Below, in pieces: positions 1 to 8,567 of a DNA stretch of 64,000 nt. The DNA comes from a virus. The position numbers and the translations under genes were made by a program. Below the pieces are notes generated by a model, which was given only the letters and a program-made list of their open reading frames with translations, was not told where the DNA came from and searched no databases. The stretch lies in IMG/VR virus record IMGVR_UViG_3300032326_001134, positions 51,111 to 115,110 of that record. The stretch is one strand, 5' to 3'. Within the stretch, counting starts at the first letter, position 1. Every line of letters starts with the position of its first letter.

Positions 1-1
1 T

Positions 2-337
2 CCACTACATAGAAGAAAAAAATACCTAGAATCTTTAGCACTTATTGGATACCCAGTATGGTGTACATTCTTTAAAATATTACCAAGACTTGGACCAGGA
101 TATACTGAAGGAACACAAAAAATGGCTTTAAGCGGACTGTCTATGATATCGTCAGCTGCTAAAAAAAGAATAATTTCAAATAGCAATAAGGCAGAAAAGG
201 TTGTTAAGGGTGGACTCGTAGAAGGTTTAGTTCCTTCTATAAATATGCCAGAAGAACTAGCTGTGTACAAAGACCCAGTGTTCCCAGCATTATTTCACTC
301 TATAAGCGTTTGGGAGCCAAATGATAAAAAATATTAA
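2..337 (+). CDS. 5'-truncated hypothetical protein, possibly GNAT-like
   Basis: The frame of the 122..337 ORF is open from position 2 (PLHRRKKYLESLALIGYPVW...), so the gene starts before the window. PLHRRK weakly resembles GNAT motif A. Confidence 0.5.
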   Translation, partial: PLHRRKKYLESLALIGYPVWCTFFKILPRLGPGYTEGTQKMALSGLSMISSAAKKRIISNSNKAEKVVKGGLVEGLVPSINMPEELAVYKDPVFPALFHSISVWEPNDKKY

Positions 338-884
338 ATCCATAAATAACGAACTATTATTTTCAGAATATAATAAAATGGTTTCTGAAATGTATGAGCA
401 CGTATATAAGTTTAGTCCAGGATTAAAACTTGGATTTAAGCCTAAAAAAATATCTTTGGTAGACTATAGAACATTTAACTTTTTTGGCATGTATAGTAAA
501 AATATACACTCTTTATATAGAGAAATAAGCGGTATGACAAAAAGCTTATGTGCAGAAAGCAATATTAACTTTGAAAGAAATTCTTTTTATTTGCTTGGCA
601 ATATAGTTAAAAATGAAACATTGCCAATAGGAACCTATATAAACTTTGCCCCAAACTATAAAACAACTTTTATGGGCCTCTATGTAATTAGATCAAATAA
701 TGATAGAATATCTATAGATAACAAAATACTTGAACTGGAGGAAGGACAATTAATTATGCTAAACTCTGGATCAAAAATTTTATTTGAAAATATTAGCGAT
801 AATTTAGTAATGTTATCATTTAATATCTCCCCCATAGAATATCTTTATAAACAATACTATCAAAAATGGATACCAATCTCATGA
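321..884 (+). CDS. Degenerate 2OG-Fe(II) oxygenase-like protein (paralog of 3059..3703 lacking iron ligands)
   Basis: FNFFGMYSKNIHSLYREIS...NINFE and C-terminal WIPIS align with YNVFQFYHESIHKLYKNIS...GINFE and WIPLL of 3059..3703. The HxH and distal His are absent. Confidence 0.6.
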   Translation: MIKNIKSINNELLFSEYNKMVSEMYEHVYKFSPGLKLGFKPKKISLVDYRTFNFFGMYSKNIHSLYREISGMTKSLCAESNINFERNSFYLLGNIVKNETLPIGTYINFAPNYKTTFMGLYVIRSNNDRISIDNKILELEEGQLIMLNSGSKILFENISDNLVMLSFNISPIEYLYKQYYQKWIPIS

Positions 885-1597
885 TCAATATAGAATTTAT
901 TCCAAAATTTAGACTGTACAGTAAAGTATTTCCAGAGCCAGTTAGCGTAGCTTCCTCGATACCAGAATGGTGGAAAACACAGGAAAGTCATTTAAATAAT
1001 GATCAAAATGTTTACAGGGGAACAATGCTTCTTACCGTAAAGAAATGTCAATCAGTATTTGACTCAATGACTTTTGGATATTATTTAAAATGCCCAACCG
1101 ATATATCTATAGATGCTACTGGAGACACTTTAAGGGTTCAGCTAACTTCAGATATAATGGGAATGCAGCAACATCTTGTTTCAAACCATTTAAAAGAACA
1201 AATGGCTAAATACCCGATTCCAGAATATTTTCATCCAGAAGTTGTCAGAATACATCCAATGTGGCTGGTGCAAACAGAAGAAGGCTATAGCTCTTTATTT
1301 GTTGCACCAATGCACGGAGACGATTCTCCAATCAAAGCCGTCCCAGGAGTAATAGACACAGACGATTACCCGTCAGACGGATACTTATCTTTTTTTGTTA
1401 AAAAAGGGTTTAAGGGAATAATTAAACAGGGGACTCCAATTATTCAGGTTATTCCTTTTAAACGAGATGACTGGGAAAGCTCTATTAATAAAGAAAAAGA
1501 TTCTGACTTTAAAATAAAAGAAAAAAATTTAGGAGTAAGATCAGTTTTTCAAAACGGATACAGAATGAAGTTTTGGAAAAAGAAAACGTATAGATGA
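881..1597 (+). CDS. dUTPase-like beta-fold phage protein (DUF6065-like)
   Basis: Motifs PEWWK, TVKKCQSVFDSMTFGY, PGVIDTD, IKQGTPIIQVIPFKR. Probable start is ATG 881 (ATGA overlap with the upstream stop). Confidence 0.6.
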   Translation: MINIEFIPKFRLYSKVFPEPVSVASSIPEWWKTQESHLNNDQNVYRGTMLLTVKKCQSVFDSMTFGYYLKCPTDISIDATGDTLRVQLTSDIMGMQQHLVSNHLKEQMAKYPIPEYFHPEVVRIHPMWLVQTEEGYSSLFVAPMHGDDSPIKAVPGVIDTDDYPSDGYLSFFVKKGFKGIIKQGTPIIQVIPFKRDDWESSINKEKDSDFKIKEKNLGVRSVFQNGYRMKFWKKKTYR

Positions 1598-2325
1598 CAA
1601 CTAAAATAGTAAACAGGGTTCCATACGAGTCTGACTCTTGGTCATTGATGTCTAACATGAATTTTGAACAAATAGTTAATTTTTCTAATGTATTTAACAA
1701 ATGGAAAGAATGGTCATACGTTAAAAATAGCCCATTGCATAAAAAATCTATACTTAAACCAGTAAACATGTATGTGTCTCATTTTTCAAATCAGCCAGAA
1801 GTAATAAGAATTTCTGACACATCAGCGTATCTAAGATACTATAGTTATGCAGACATACTTATACAAATAGCAGACCCACCAATGGGGCATAAGGGTATAT
1901 TTAAATCTAGTCCAATAAATAGTTTATTTTATGCTACGGATAAATGCTGGTTAAGACAATTTTATCCTTCTCCAAATGAGTACAATATAAATAAAAAAAA
2001 TGCTATATCGGATAGGATGTTTAAAATATATATACCTTGGTTTTTAGACATGGATATAAAATATTCAGTTAAAACAAATAAAGAAGATTCTTCAATTGTA
2101 GCAATAGAAAAAGAAGACTATTTTACAAAAACAAATGACAATGTTATAATAAAAGAAGCAAATTTTGTTGATTTTTATTTTACAAAATCTGAAAATCATA
2201 TGCAAGATAAAGTATGCGGATTAATAAAAAAAGATTCGTATTTATTTGATATAGAAATTAAAGCAGATAAAAAAACAATTAAAAAGATTATAAGGGAATA
2301 TGAAAAAAAAAGAATTAAAGGTTAA
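1594..2325 (+). CDS. Hypothetical protein, probably a diverged member of the same beta-fold family
   Basis: FKIYIPWFLD and GLIKKDSYLFDIEI echo the flanking paralogs (GIIKQGTPIIQV). Translationally coupled. Confidence 0.5.
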   Translation: MTTKIVNRVPYESDSWSLMSNMNFEQIVNFSNVFNKWKEWSYVKNSPLHKKSILKPVNMYVSHFSNQPEVIRISDTSAYLRYYSYADILIQIADPPMGHKGIFKSSPINSLFYATDKCWLRQFYPSPNEYNINKKNAISDRMFKIYIPWFLDMDIKYSVKTNKEDSSIVAIEKEDYFTKTNDNVIIKEANFVDFYFTKSENHMQDKVCGLIKKDSYLFDIEIKADKKTIKKIIREYEKKRIKG

Positions 2326-3058
2326 ATTTACCCCAGCCTTTATTATGAATACAGAAGGCATATCAGACTATAGTAATTTTAATGAGCCACAAGAGTCAAA
2401 AAGATATATTCCGTCTTGGTATAAAAAGCTATCTAAATTTTACAAATCAAATAGCATCAGCAAACTACACCCAGTAAACGATAGAGGAACGGACGGCAGC
2501 GCAGCCTCAACAAAATTATGCATGCCATTTTTTGATGCATTAACATCTGGATACATGTATACCCTAGATTACGATCTTAATGTGAGCCAGGATAAAAATG
2601 GATTTCCTACACTTTCTTGGGAGGGGTCTAATATGATAGTCGATAAAAGATTAATGATAGATGTCCCAGTACCTACACAGCATCACCCAATGCATTATGG
2701 GTGGAAGGTTAATTGGTATTCAGAAACCCCAAAAGGATATTCTTTGTTAATAACGCATCCATTAAATAGACACGATTTACCATTTACAACAATGAGCGGA
2801 ATAATAGACGCAGACCTTTGGCACACTCCAGTATTTACATCCTTCTTCCTAAAACGCAACTTTATTGGTATAATACCTAAAGGAACTCCTATATTTCAAA
2901 TGATTCCTATTAAAAGAGAAGAGTGGTCTCTTGAAATAGATTATTCAAATGAAAATATAGAACAAAATCAGATTAAGGATGAAAAAAGAAGATCTTTAAT
3001 ATATGCATATTATAAAAATATAATATGGCAAAGAAAACAATATAGAGGGAAAATATAA
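2300..3058 (+). CDS. dUTPase-like beta-fold phage protein (paralog of 881..1597)
   Basis: PSWYK, STKLCMPFFDALTSGY, TPKGYSLLITHP, SGIIDAD, IPKGTPIFQMIPIKR. Confidence 0.6.
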   Translation: MKKKELKVKFTPAFIMNTEGISDYSNFNEPQESKRYIPSWYKKLSKFYKSNSISKLHPVNDRGTDGSAASTKLCMPFFDALTSGYMYTLDYDLNVSQDKNGFPTLSWEGSNMIVDKRLMIDVPVPTQHHPMHYGWKVNWYSETPKGYSLLITHPLNRHDLPFTTMSGIIDADLWHTPVFTSFFLKRNFIGIIPKGTPIFQMIPIKREEWSLEIDYSNENIEQNQIKDEKRRSLIYAYYKNIIWQRKQYRGKI

Positions 3059-3703
3059 ATGGAAAATATGTATATGAATCAGCCAACAGGTAAAGAGCAT
3101 AAATTTTTTGAGAGATACTTAGACAATGATCTCCCAGAGCTTGCAGAATTTTTGCAAAACCAATATGCCAATATGGAAACCCTTAAATTGTCTGGAATAA
3201 CAAAGGTCACGCCAAGAGATCACTGGCTATCATCTGATAGCGTGTCCACAATCAAATGGAGAGAGTACAATGTTTTTCAGTTTTATCATGAGTCTATACA
3301 TAAGCTGTACAAAAATATATCGGAAACTATTAAGGAAGCCTGTGAATACTATGGTATCAACTTTGAAGAACAGAAATACATGGTACAGGGTTGGTTTAAT
3401 ATTAATTACAATCATAGTGGTAAGCTTGATTGGCATGATCACGGTGGCCCTTATGCCCCGTATTTTCATGGTTACTATTGTGTAAACGCAGAGCCTTCAA
3501 CTACTTACTATAGTGTTTTTGGTAATCAGGTAGAGAACCACAATAAAAATAATCGAATGATTATTTCAGAAATGGGTCACCCGCATGCAATGGGTGACTG
3601 GGACTGGGAAGGTCCTAGAGTAACTATTGCTTATGACATAATGCCTTTAAAAAGCTTAATTACAAACAAGGCAGAGCCACAACATTGGATACCATTACTG
3701 TGA
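3059..3703 (+). CDS. Putative 2OG-Fe(II) oxygenase
   Basis: GWFNIN..., WHDH, HGYY, distal H (PHAM) and RVTIAYD, the double-stranded beta-helix pattern. Confidence 0.75.
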   Translation: MENMYMNQPTGKEHKFFERYLDNDLPELAEFLQNQYANMETLKLSGITKVTPRDHWLSSDSVSTIKWREYNVFQFYHESIHKLYKNISETIKEACEYYGINFEEQKYMVQGWFNINYNHSGKLDWHDHGGPYAPYFHGYYCVNAEPSTTYYSVFGNQVENHNKNNRMIISEMGHPHAMGDWDWEGPRVTIAYDIMPLKSLITNKAEPQHWIPLL

Positions 3704-4518
3704 CAAGCAATATTGGAATTTGTATATATTCATATCAAAACAAAAAGCTATTAGACTTAATAGAAGAAATTAAAGAAAAGTCTAGTAAAAAAAATATGTT
3801 GTATTTTTATGTCATAGATCAAAATAATTTGGACAGAACAAGAGGGCTCGACGATCCAGAATTTTATCATTCCATTTCATATAACTATGTAAAATGGGAT
3901 TCAATTAAAAGCCCAATTGAATATAAACAACAAGCATTAAACATTTTAAATAAAACATATTATATGCAGGTTGAAGACAACTTAAGCTTAATACAAAATT
4001 GGGACGAATATGCAATAGAATTCATATCAAACAATAAAAACTCAATTTTATCTGGAAATTCTACCGTCTCGCTAGATAATAAAAACTTGTTTCAGATAGC
4101 AGCTACAAGAACGCCATCAAAACATTTTAATGAGATAAAGTATATAGATAGAAATTTTTTATTTGGTCTTACTGAAGATTTTAAAAAGATAGATTACCCT
4201 AAATATTTAAAGTACAACGGGGAAGAAGAATCTATTTCAATAGATATGCTAAACAGGGGAATAAAGATTTATAACTTCCCAGATGAATATTTATCAATAC
4301 ATAAAGTTGATATAGAAAAAGAATATGTTCCCTTTTCTTTAAACCATAATTATAATAAATTTGTTAGCCTGTATAAGGATCAAGTTAAAAAGCATTTTGG
4401 TTTAAAAATAGAGACATTGCCGTTTGAAGATAGCGATGTCCTGTACGACCCATTGCAGTCTCAAACTGACAAAATTGGTGGGTTAAGATATATTAATAAA
4501 GTTAAGGAGCTTAGATAA
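3700..4518 (+). CDS. Diverged GT60 (GlcNAc-transferase)-like glycosyltransferase
   Basis: YYMQVEDNLSLIQNWD and GEEESISI align with YYLQIDSHTRFVKDWD and GEETLYSI of 34797..35708. DSH is replaced by EDN. GTG start overlaps the upstream stop. Confidence 0.6.
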   Translation: MTSNIGICIYSYQNKKLLDLIEEIKEKSSKKNMLYFYVIDQNNLDRTRGLDDPEFYHSISYNYVKWDSIKSPIEYKQQALNILNKTYYMQVEDNLSLIQNWDEYAIEFISNNKNSILSGNSTVSLDNKNLFQIAATRTPSKHFNEIKYIDRNFLFGLTEDFKKIDYPKYLKYNGEEESISIDMLNRGIKIYNFPDEYLSIHKVDIEKEYVPFSLNHNYNKFVSLYKDQVKKHFGLKIETLPFEDSDVLYDPLQSQTDKIGGLRYINKVKELR

Positions 4519-5060
4519 TGTTAATAAAAATAGTAGAAGACTTTATAACAGAAGAAGATGCAAATACTTTAATTAATGAAATGAAAAACCCGTCAGAAAG
4601 AAATGAGTATCCTGTATATTACAAAGACCGAAATGGTGGAACCGCATTCCCTTATAATAAAAAAGTTATGTCATTGTTAAAAAAATATGCAATACATTCA
4701 AATAAAATACAAAAAGAATTTTTTGGATTAGAAAAAGATGTTATTGTTACAAAAGCTTTTGGTTCGTTTTGGATGCCTGGAACAAGCGGAGCCCCACACA
4801 TAGATGCAATAGAAAAAGAGCCATTTATTGAATACAGTACAGTAATCTATTTAAATGACGAATATGAGGGTGGAGAAATTTATTTTCCAAGACAATCTTT
4901 CGAATATAGTCCTAAAAAATACTCAGCAGTATTTTTTCCAGGAAATAGCATTGACTATGTCCACGGAGTAAAAGAAATAACAAGCGGTAGTAGATTTACA
5001 GCTCTCTATATGCAGTCTACAAAAAAAGACTTTATTGATCCAGATTTTGAAGGGTGCTAG
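4518..5060 (+). CDS. Prolyl 4-hydroxylase-like 2OG-Fe(II) oxygenase
   Basis: PHID, VIYLNDEYEGGEIYF, VHGVKEITSGSRFT. Confidence 0.85.
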   Translation: MLIKIVEDFITEEDANTLINEMKNPSERNEYPVYYKDRNGGTAFPYNKKVMSLLKKYAIHSNKIQKEFFGLEKDVIVTKAFGSFWMPGTSGAPHIDAIEKEPFIEYSTVIYLNDEYEGGEIYFPRQSFEYSPKKYSAVFFPGNSIDYVHGVKEITSGSRFTALYMQSTKKDFIDPDFEGC

Positions 5061-5061
5061 A

Positions 5062-5715
5062 ATGAATTATAAAGAGTTATCACTAGGGGCAGTATATTAT
5101 AAAAATATTATAGAAGACCCACAGAGTGTCATCAATAAAATAGAAGAACTAGAGCAAAAAAGAAACGAGTCAGAAGGATACAGGTCGGAGTTTGTAAAGC
5201 CATGGCAAGCATGGGACTATAATAACGGAAATAAAGAAAAAACTATTTTTTGCTGGCAAAAGTTTTTACCAAAGCCTGAAGACATAAAGGTGGATGACTT
5301 GTTCTATAAAGAGCAGTTTGAGATATCTTCAATTCTTTTTGATGGACTAGAAAAAGGACTTAAGCATTATTTTTCTTTATACCCATATGCAGAAAAAAAT
5401 ATTAAATCTAGAGAAAAAACAATGCATCTTTTAAAATATAAAGAAAGCGGTTTCCTACCAGCGCACTCAGATCATGGAATAAGTAGCAGGGTATTGTCTG
5501 CTCTTTTATATTTAAATGATGATTACGAAGGAGGGAACATAAGATTCCCTCACGCAGAAATAAACATTAAGCCAGAAGCTGGAAGTTTATTATTTTTTCC
5601 TTCAAACTTTGTTTATGTACATGAAGTAGATGCAGTAACAAGTGGAACAAGATACTCTTTGCCTAACTGGTATCATAATAGAAAAAACGCATATTACTCA
5701 GATGGAACAGAATAA
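5062..5715 (+). CDS. Prolyl 4-hydroxylase-like 2OG-Fe(II) oxygenase
   Basis: AHSD, LLYLNDDYEGGNIRF, FPSNFVYVHEVDAVTSGTRYS. ATG at 5062 follows the upstream stop. Confidence 0.85.
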   Translation: MNYKELSLGAVYYKNIIEDPQSVINKIEELEQKRNESEGYRSEFVKPWQAWDYNNGNKEKTIFCWQKFLPKPEDIKVDDLFYKEQFEISSILFDGLEKGLKHYFSLYPYAEKNIKSREKTMHLLKYKESGFLPAHSDHGISSRVLSALLYLNDDYEGGNIRFPHAEINIKPEAGSLLFFPSNFVYVHEVDAVTSGTRYSLPNWYHNRKNAYYSDGTE

Positions 5716-6413
5716 TGTTTATCGTTACAGGATCTAGTAGTGGAATAGGAAATGCAATTGTAAACAGGCTTTTAAAAAACGGACATTCTGTTTCAGGAAT
5801 TTCAAGAAACATTCCAAAAAATGGTTCTGGATTTAAAACATATCAAGCAGACGTGTCTGATAAAAAATCAATTATAGAAATTGCAGAAGACCTAAAATCA
5901 CAAAACATAACAGTAAGTGGCTTAATAAATTGTGCTGGCTTATCACAAGATTTTTTTATTGCTGATTGGACAAAAATGCCAGCGGAAGAAATTCAATCAA
6001 TTTTTGGAACAAATATTATTGGAATAATAAACACATGCCAGTCATTTGTGCCATTAATGAATAGTAAGGTTCACACTCCAATTATAAACATTAGCAGTCT
6101 CGCAGCTCATGCAAATTCAGATATTTCAGTCTATGCATCTAGTAAGTATGCTGTTAATGGATTTACTAGATCTTTATCTAGAGTTTTAAGAGAAACATCA
6201 ATAAGGCCAAATTGTATAGCTCCAGGAATGATTAAAACAGAAATGACAAAGCACCTACCAGAAGAAATATTTAATAGAATTTTGTTTTTATCTGGTCAAA
6301 CCCTTAGCAGCAAAACATTTACGACAGAAGATATATGCGATGTGGTAGACATGTTAATTGATGAAAAATCAAACAGCTTAACTGGACAGACATTCCACAT
6401 AGGCGGATACTAA
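5715..6413 (+). CDS. Short-chain dehydrogenase/reductase (FabG-like)
   Basis: TGSSSGIG Rossmann motif, NCAG, INISS, YASSK catalytic motif, PGMIKTEM. Confidence 0.9.
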   Translation: MFIVTGSSSGIGNAIVNRLLKNGHSVSGISRNIPKNGSGFKTYQADVSDKKSIIEIAEDLKSQNITVSGLINCAGLSQDFFIADWTKMPAEEIQSIFGTNIIGIINTCQSFVPLMNSKVHTPIINISSLAAHANSDISVYASSKYAVNGFTRSLSRVLRETSIRPNCIAPGMIKTEMTKHLPEEIFNRILFLSGQTLSSKTFTTEDICDVVDMLIDEKSNSLTGQTFHIGGY

Positions 6414-6422
6414 ACCGCTAAA

Positions 6423-6431
6423 TGGTATAAT
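6423..6431 (+). promoter_or_regulatory. Extended -10 promoter (TGGTATAAT), leaderless start of the LamG gene
   Basis: TATAAT at 6426-6431, ATG 6 nt later, no SD. Confidence 0.65.
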
Positions 6432-6437
6432 TTTTAA

Positions 6438-8168
6438 ATGTCATACTATTATAAAGTGCTTAAGGATAGCCCGATTGGGTTTTGGAAGCTAGACGATAGC
6501 TCGACCACGGCAACAGATTATTCTGGTTGTCAAAACAATGGATCTTATTTTGGACCACAGGATAAAAAAAATCCAATTGTTAGCGGAAGCGACTATTCAT
6601 TAAGAATAACATCTACGTCTAGCGTAACCTTTCCTTTAATTAAAAATTATTATGGACAAACAGCAAAGGGCGGATTTGCAAATATTAATGACGGGGACAA
6701 CGATTTTTCAATAGAGTGCTGGATATTCCCAAGAGTAGAAACAGACAGCCTTACTACAATTGTTGGAGATAAAGAAAACAATATAGGAATTTTTTGGGAT
6801 AACGGCAATATATATTTTGGGCTGGACACAGACTACCTAGAGTATTCAGTTCCAAATTTTAATAAATCTTTACATGTAGTTTGCACCTACAGTGTAAATA
6901 AAGCATTTATATATGTAGACGGAGTTCTTTGTGTTAGCAAAACAATATCATCTAATCCATTTACAAACACAGAGATTTCCTTAAAATCTGGTCCAACGGA
7001 AAACTTATTAGATTCATTTTTGATTAATAACGTTGCCGTATACAGATACGGATTACCTGAAAAACAAATATACTCCCACTTTGCAGACAACAATAAAGTC
7101 ATGCCGATACAGATAGCATACCCAGAAAATGGAGAAATATTTTATATATATGACAATACAATGAGAAACTCTTTTTCATTTTCATATCCTAAAGACAAAT
7201 CCTGGGAAGACTTTTTAAATCAAGATTTAAATTTAAATAGACTTGAAAACTACATAGAGATATCAAAAACAGACAGCCAGGAAACAAAAGAAGTTATTTT
7301 AAACGATATAATTTCTATGCCATCTGGTATCACAATGGATTCTTCAAAAATATTTTGGAGCGGAGAAAATGGAATTAGGGTGTATACCAGTTTAGATGAT
7401 ATAGACTATCTAGAATGTAAAAATGGAGAGCCAATACCTCAATACAAGTACTCAGAATTTGATGACCAAAAATTCTTTTACATAAGAATTGTAATGGCCT
7501 CTGAAGACTCATCAAAATATTTGCCCAAGCTGTACAGCCTAGAAGTTAATTTCTATAATGCTCAGATATTATATTCTAAAAATGGTGGATCATATATATC
7601 AAAAATTGAAAATTTAGATGCAAGCTTTGGCGAAGATGCGTATCCTATTTTAAGCAATAATGGTTTAAATGGAATACTAGTCGATTCTGATTCTGGGTTC
7701 AATCTAAATACATCAAAATCTATATCAACATTAGAATTTTTTTATACACCAAATACAATTTCTAGCGGAACCATGCTTTCAGCCGACAGCACAGAAATTA
7801 GCTGGTCAAACAATGGCAGTATAAATAAAAATAACATATCCAGCCTTTATGTAAATGGGATTAATAAGACATCTGAAACACAGGTATCTAATATCTTTAA
7901 GCCAAAGGACCTACACCATGTAGTCGTAACCCTTACGTCTCCTGTAACCGAAGAAATTATTTTTAATTATAAACAGGCGGGATCTGAAAAAGCCCTATAC
8001 CAGTATATAACAATATATGAGTATGAGATGGATGTAAATATAATTCAAAACCATTATGATCTATATATGGAGAAATCAAAATATCAGTCCAGCGGATCGA
8101 CACTCAAGGTGTCAGAAAACAACGTAAGCTTATATAATAATGACTGGATAGTGCTCCAAAACTCATAA
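6438..8168 (+). CDS. Concanavalin A/LamG-domain virion-associated protein
   Basis: YYKVLKDSPIGFWKLDD, FSIECW, HVVCTY, IYVDG and a second LamG-like unit (LYVNG...HHVVVT). Located before the portal. Confidence 0.7.
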   Translation: MSYYYKVLKDSPIGFWKLDDSSTTATDYSGCQNNGSYFGPQDKKNPIVSGSDYSLRITSTSSVTFPLIKNYYGQTAKGGFANINDGDNDFSIECWIFPRVETDSLTTIVGDKENNIGIFWDNGNIYFGLDTDYLEYSVPNFNKSLHVVCTYSVNKAFIYVDGVLCVSKTISSNPFTNTEISLKSGPTENLLDSFLINNVAVYRYGLPEKQIYSHFADNNKVMPIQIAYPENGEIFYIYDNTMRNSFSFSYPKDKSWEDFLNQDLNLNRLENYIEISKTDSQETKEVILNDIISMPSGITMDSSKIFWSGENGIRVYTSLDDIDYLECKNGEPIPQYKYSEFDDQKFFYIRIVMASEDSSKYLPKLYSLEVNFYNAQILYSKNGGSYISKIENLDASFGEDAYPILSNNGLNGILVDSDSGFNLNTSKSISTLEFFYTPNTISSGTMLSADSTEISWSNNGSINKNNISSLYVNGINKTSETQVSNIFKPKDLHHVVVTLTSPVTEEIIFNYKQAGSEKALYQYITIYEYEMDVNIIQNHYDLYMEKSKYQSSGSTLKVSENNVSLYNNDWIVLQNS

Positions 8169-8193
8169 ATATGAACATTGTCCTGACAAAATA

Positions 8194-8222
8194 TGGACAT
8201 TAACTAAAAAGAATGGTAAAAT
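8194..8222 (+). promoter_or_regulatory. Sigma70/SigA-type promoter TGGACA-17-TAAAAT (TG extension)
   Basis: Spacing read directly from sequence; upstream of the head operon. Confidence 0.6.
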
Positions 8223-8231
8223 TGATACACA

Positions 8232-8567
8232 ATGGACATTAAAAGAATAAATCAATCAGTTATTGAAGAGACCACCCTTGGTATATATGTTTGGGAAATG
8301 CCAGATGGAAGATGGATTGGCGACGACGATGGAAACTTTTTATCTATTACTGCAAAAAAGGGAAACAGATCAAAGATAGCTCTTTTGGCGGACGCAGTCA
8401 GAGCACACGGCATATACGAAGGCCAGCCAAAGTTTTTATCAGGACGTAGAAAAATTGATGACGAAGAGTTTCAGCATCAAAAGCAAAGATTAGAATGGGG
8501 CCTAACACCAGACCCACTGGATATCGGAGTTTATAAAGACTCTTTGAAAAATGGAGGTATGCGATAA
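8232..8567 (+). CDS. Hypothetical protein preceding portal
   Basis: ORF abuts the portal start; GIYVWEMPDG...GLTPDPLD. Confidence 0.7.
   Translation: MDIKRINQSVIEETTLGIYVWEMPDGRWIGDDDGNFLSITAKKGNRSKIALLADAVRAHGIYEGQPKFLSGRRKIDDEEFQHQKQRLEWGLTPDPLDIGVYKDSLKNGGMR

Noticed and set aside
866-3699. Shared MDT N-termini of the ORFs at 866 and 3685 as a conserved signal
   Set aside because: This is an artefact of the upstream paralogs' WIP codons. The true starts are probably 881 and 3700.
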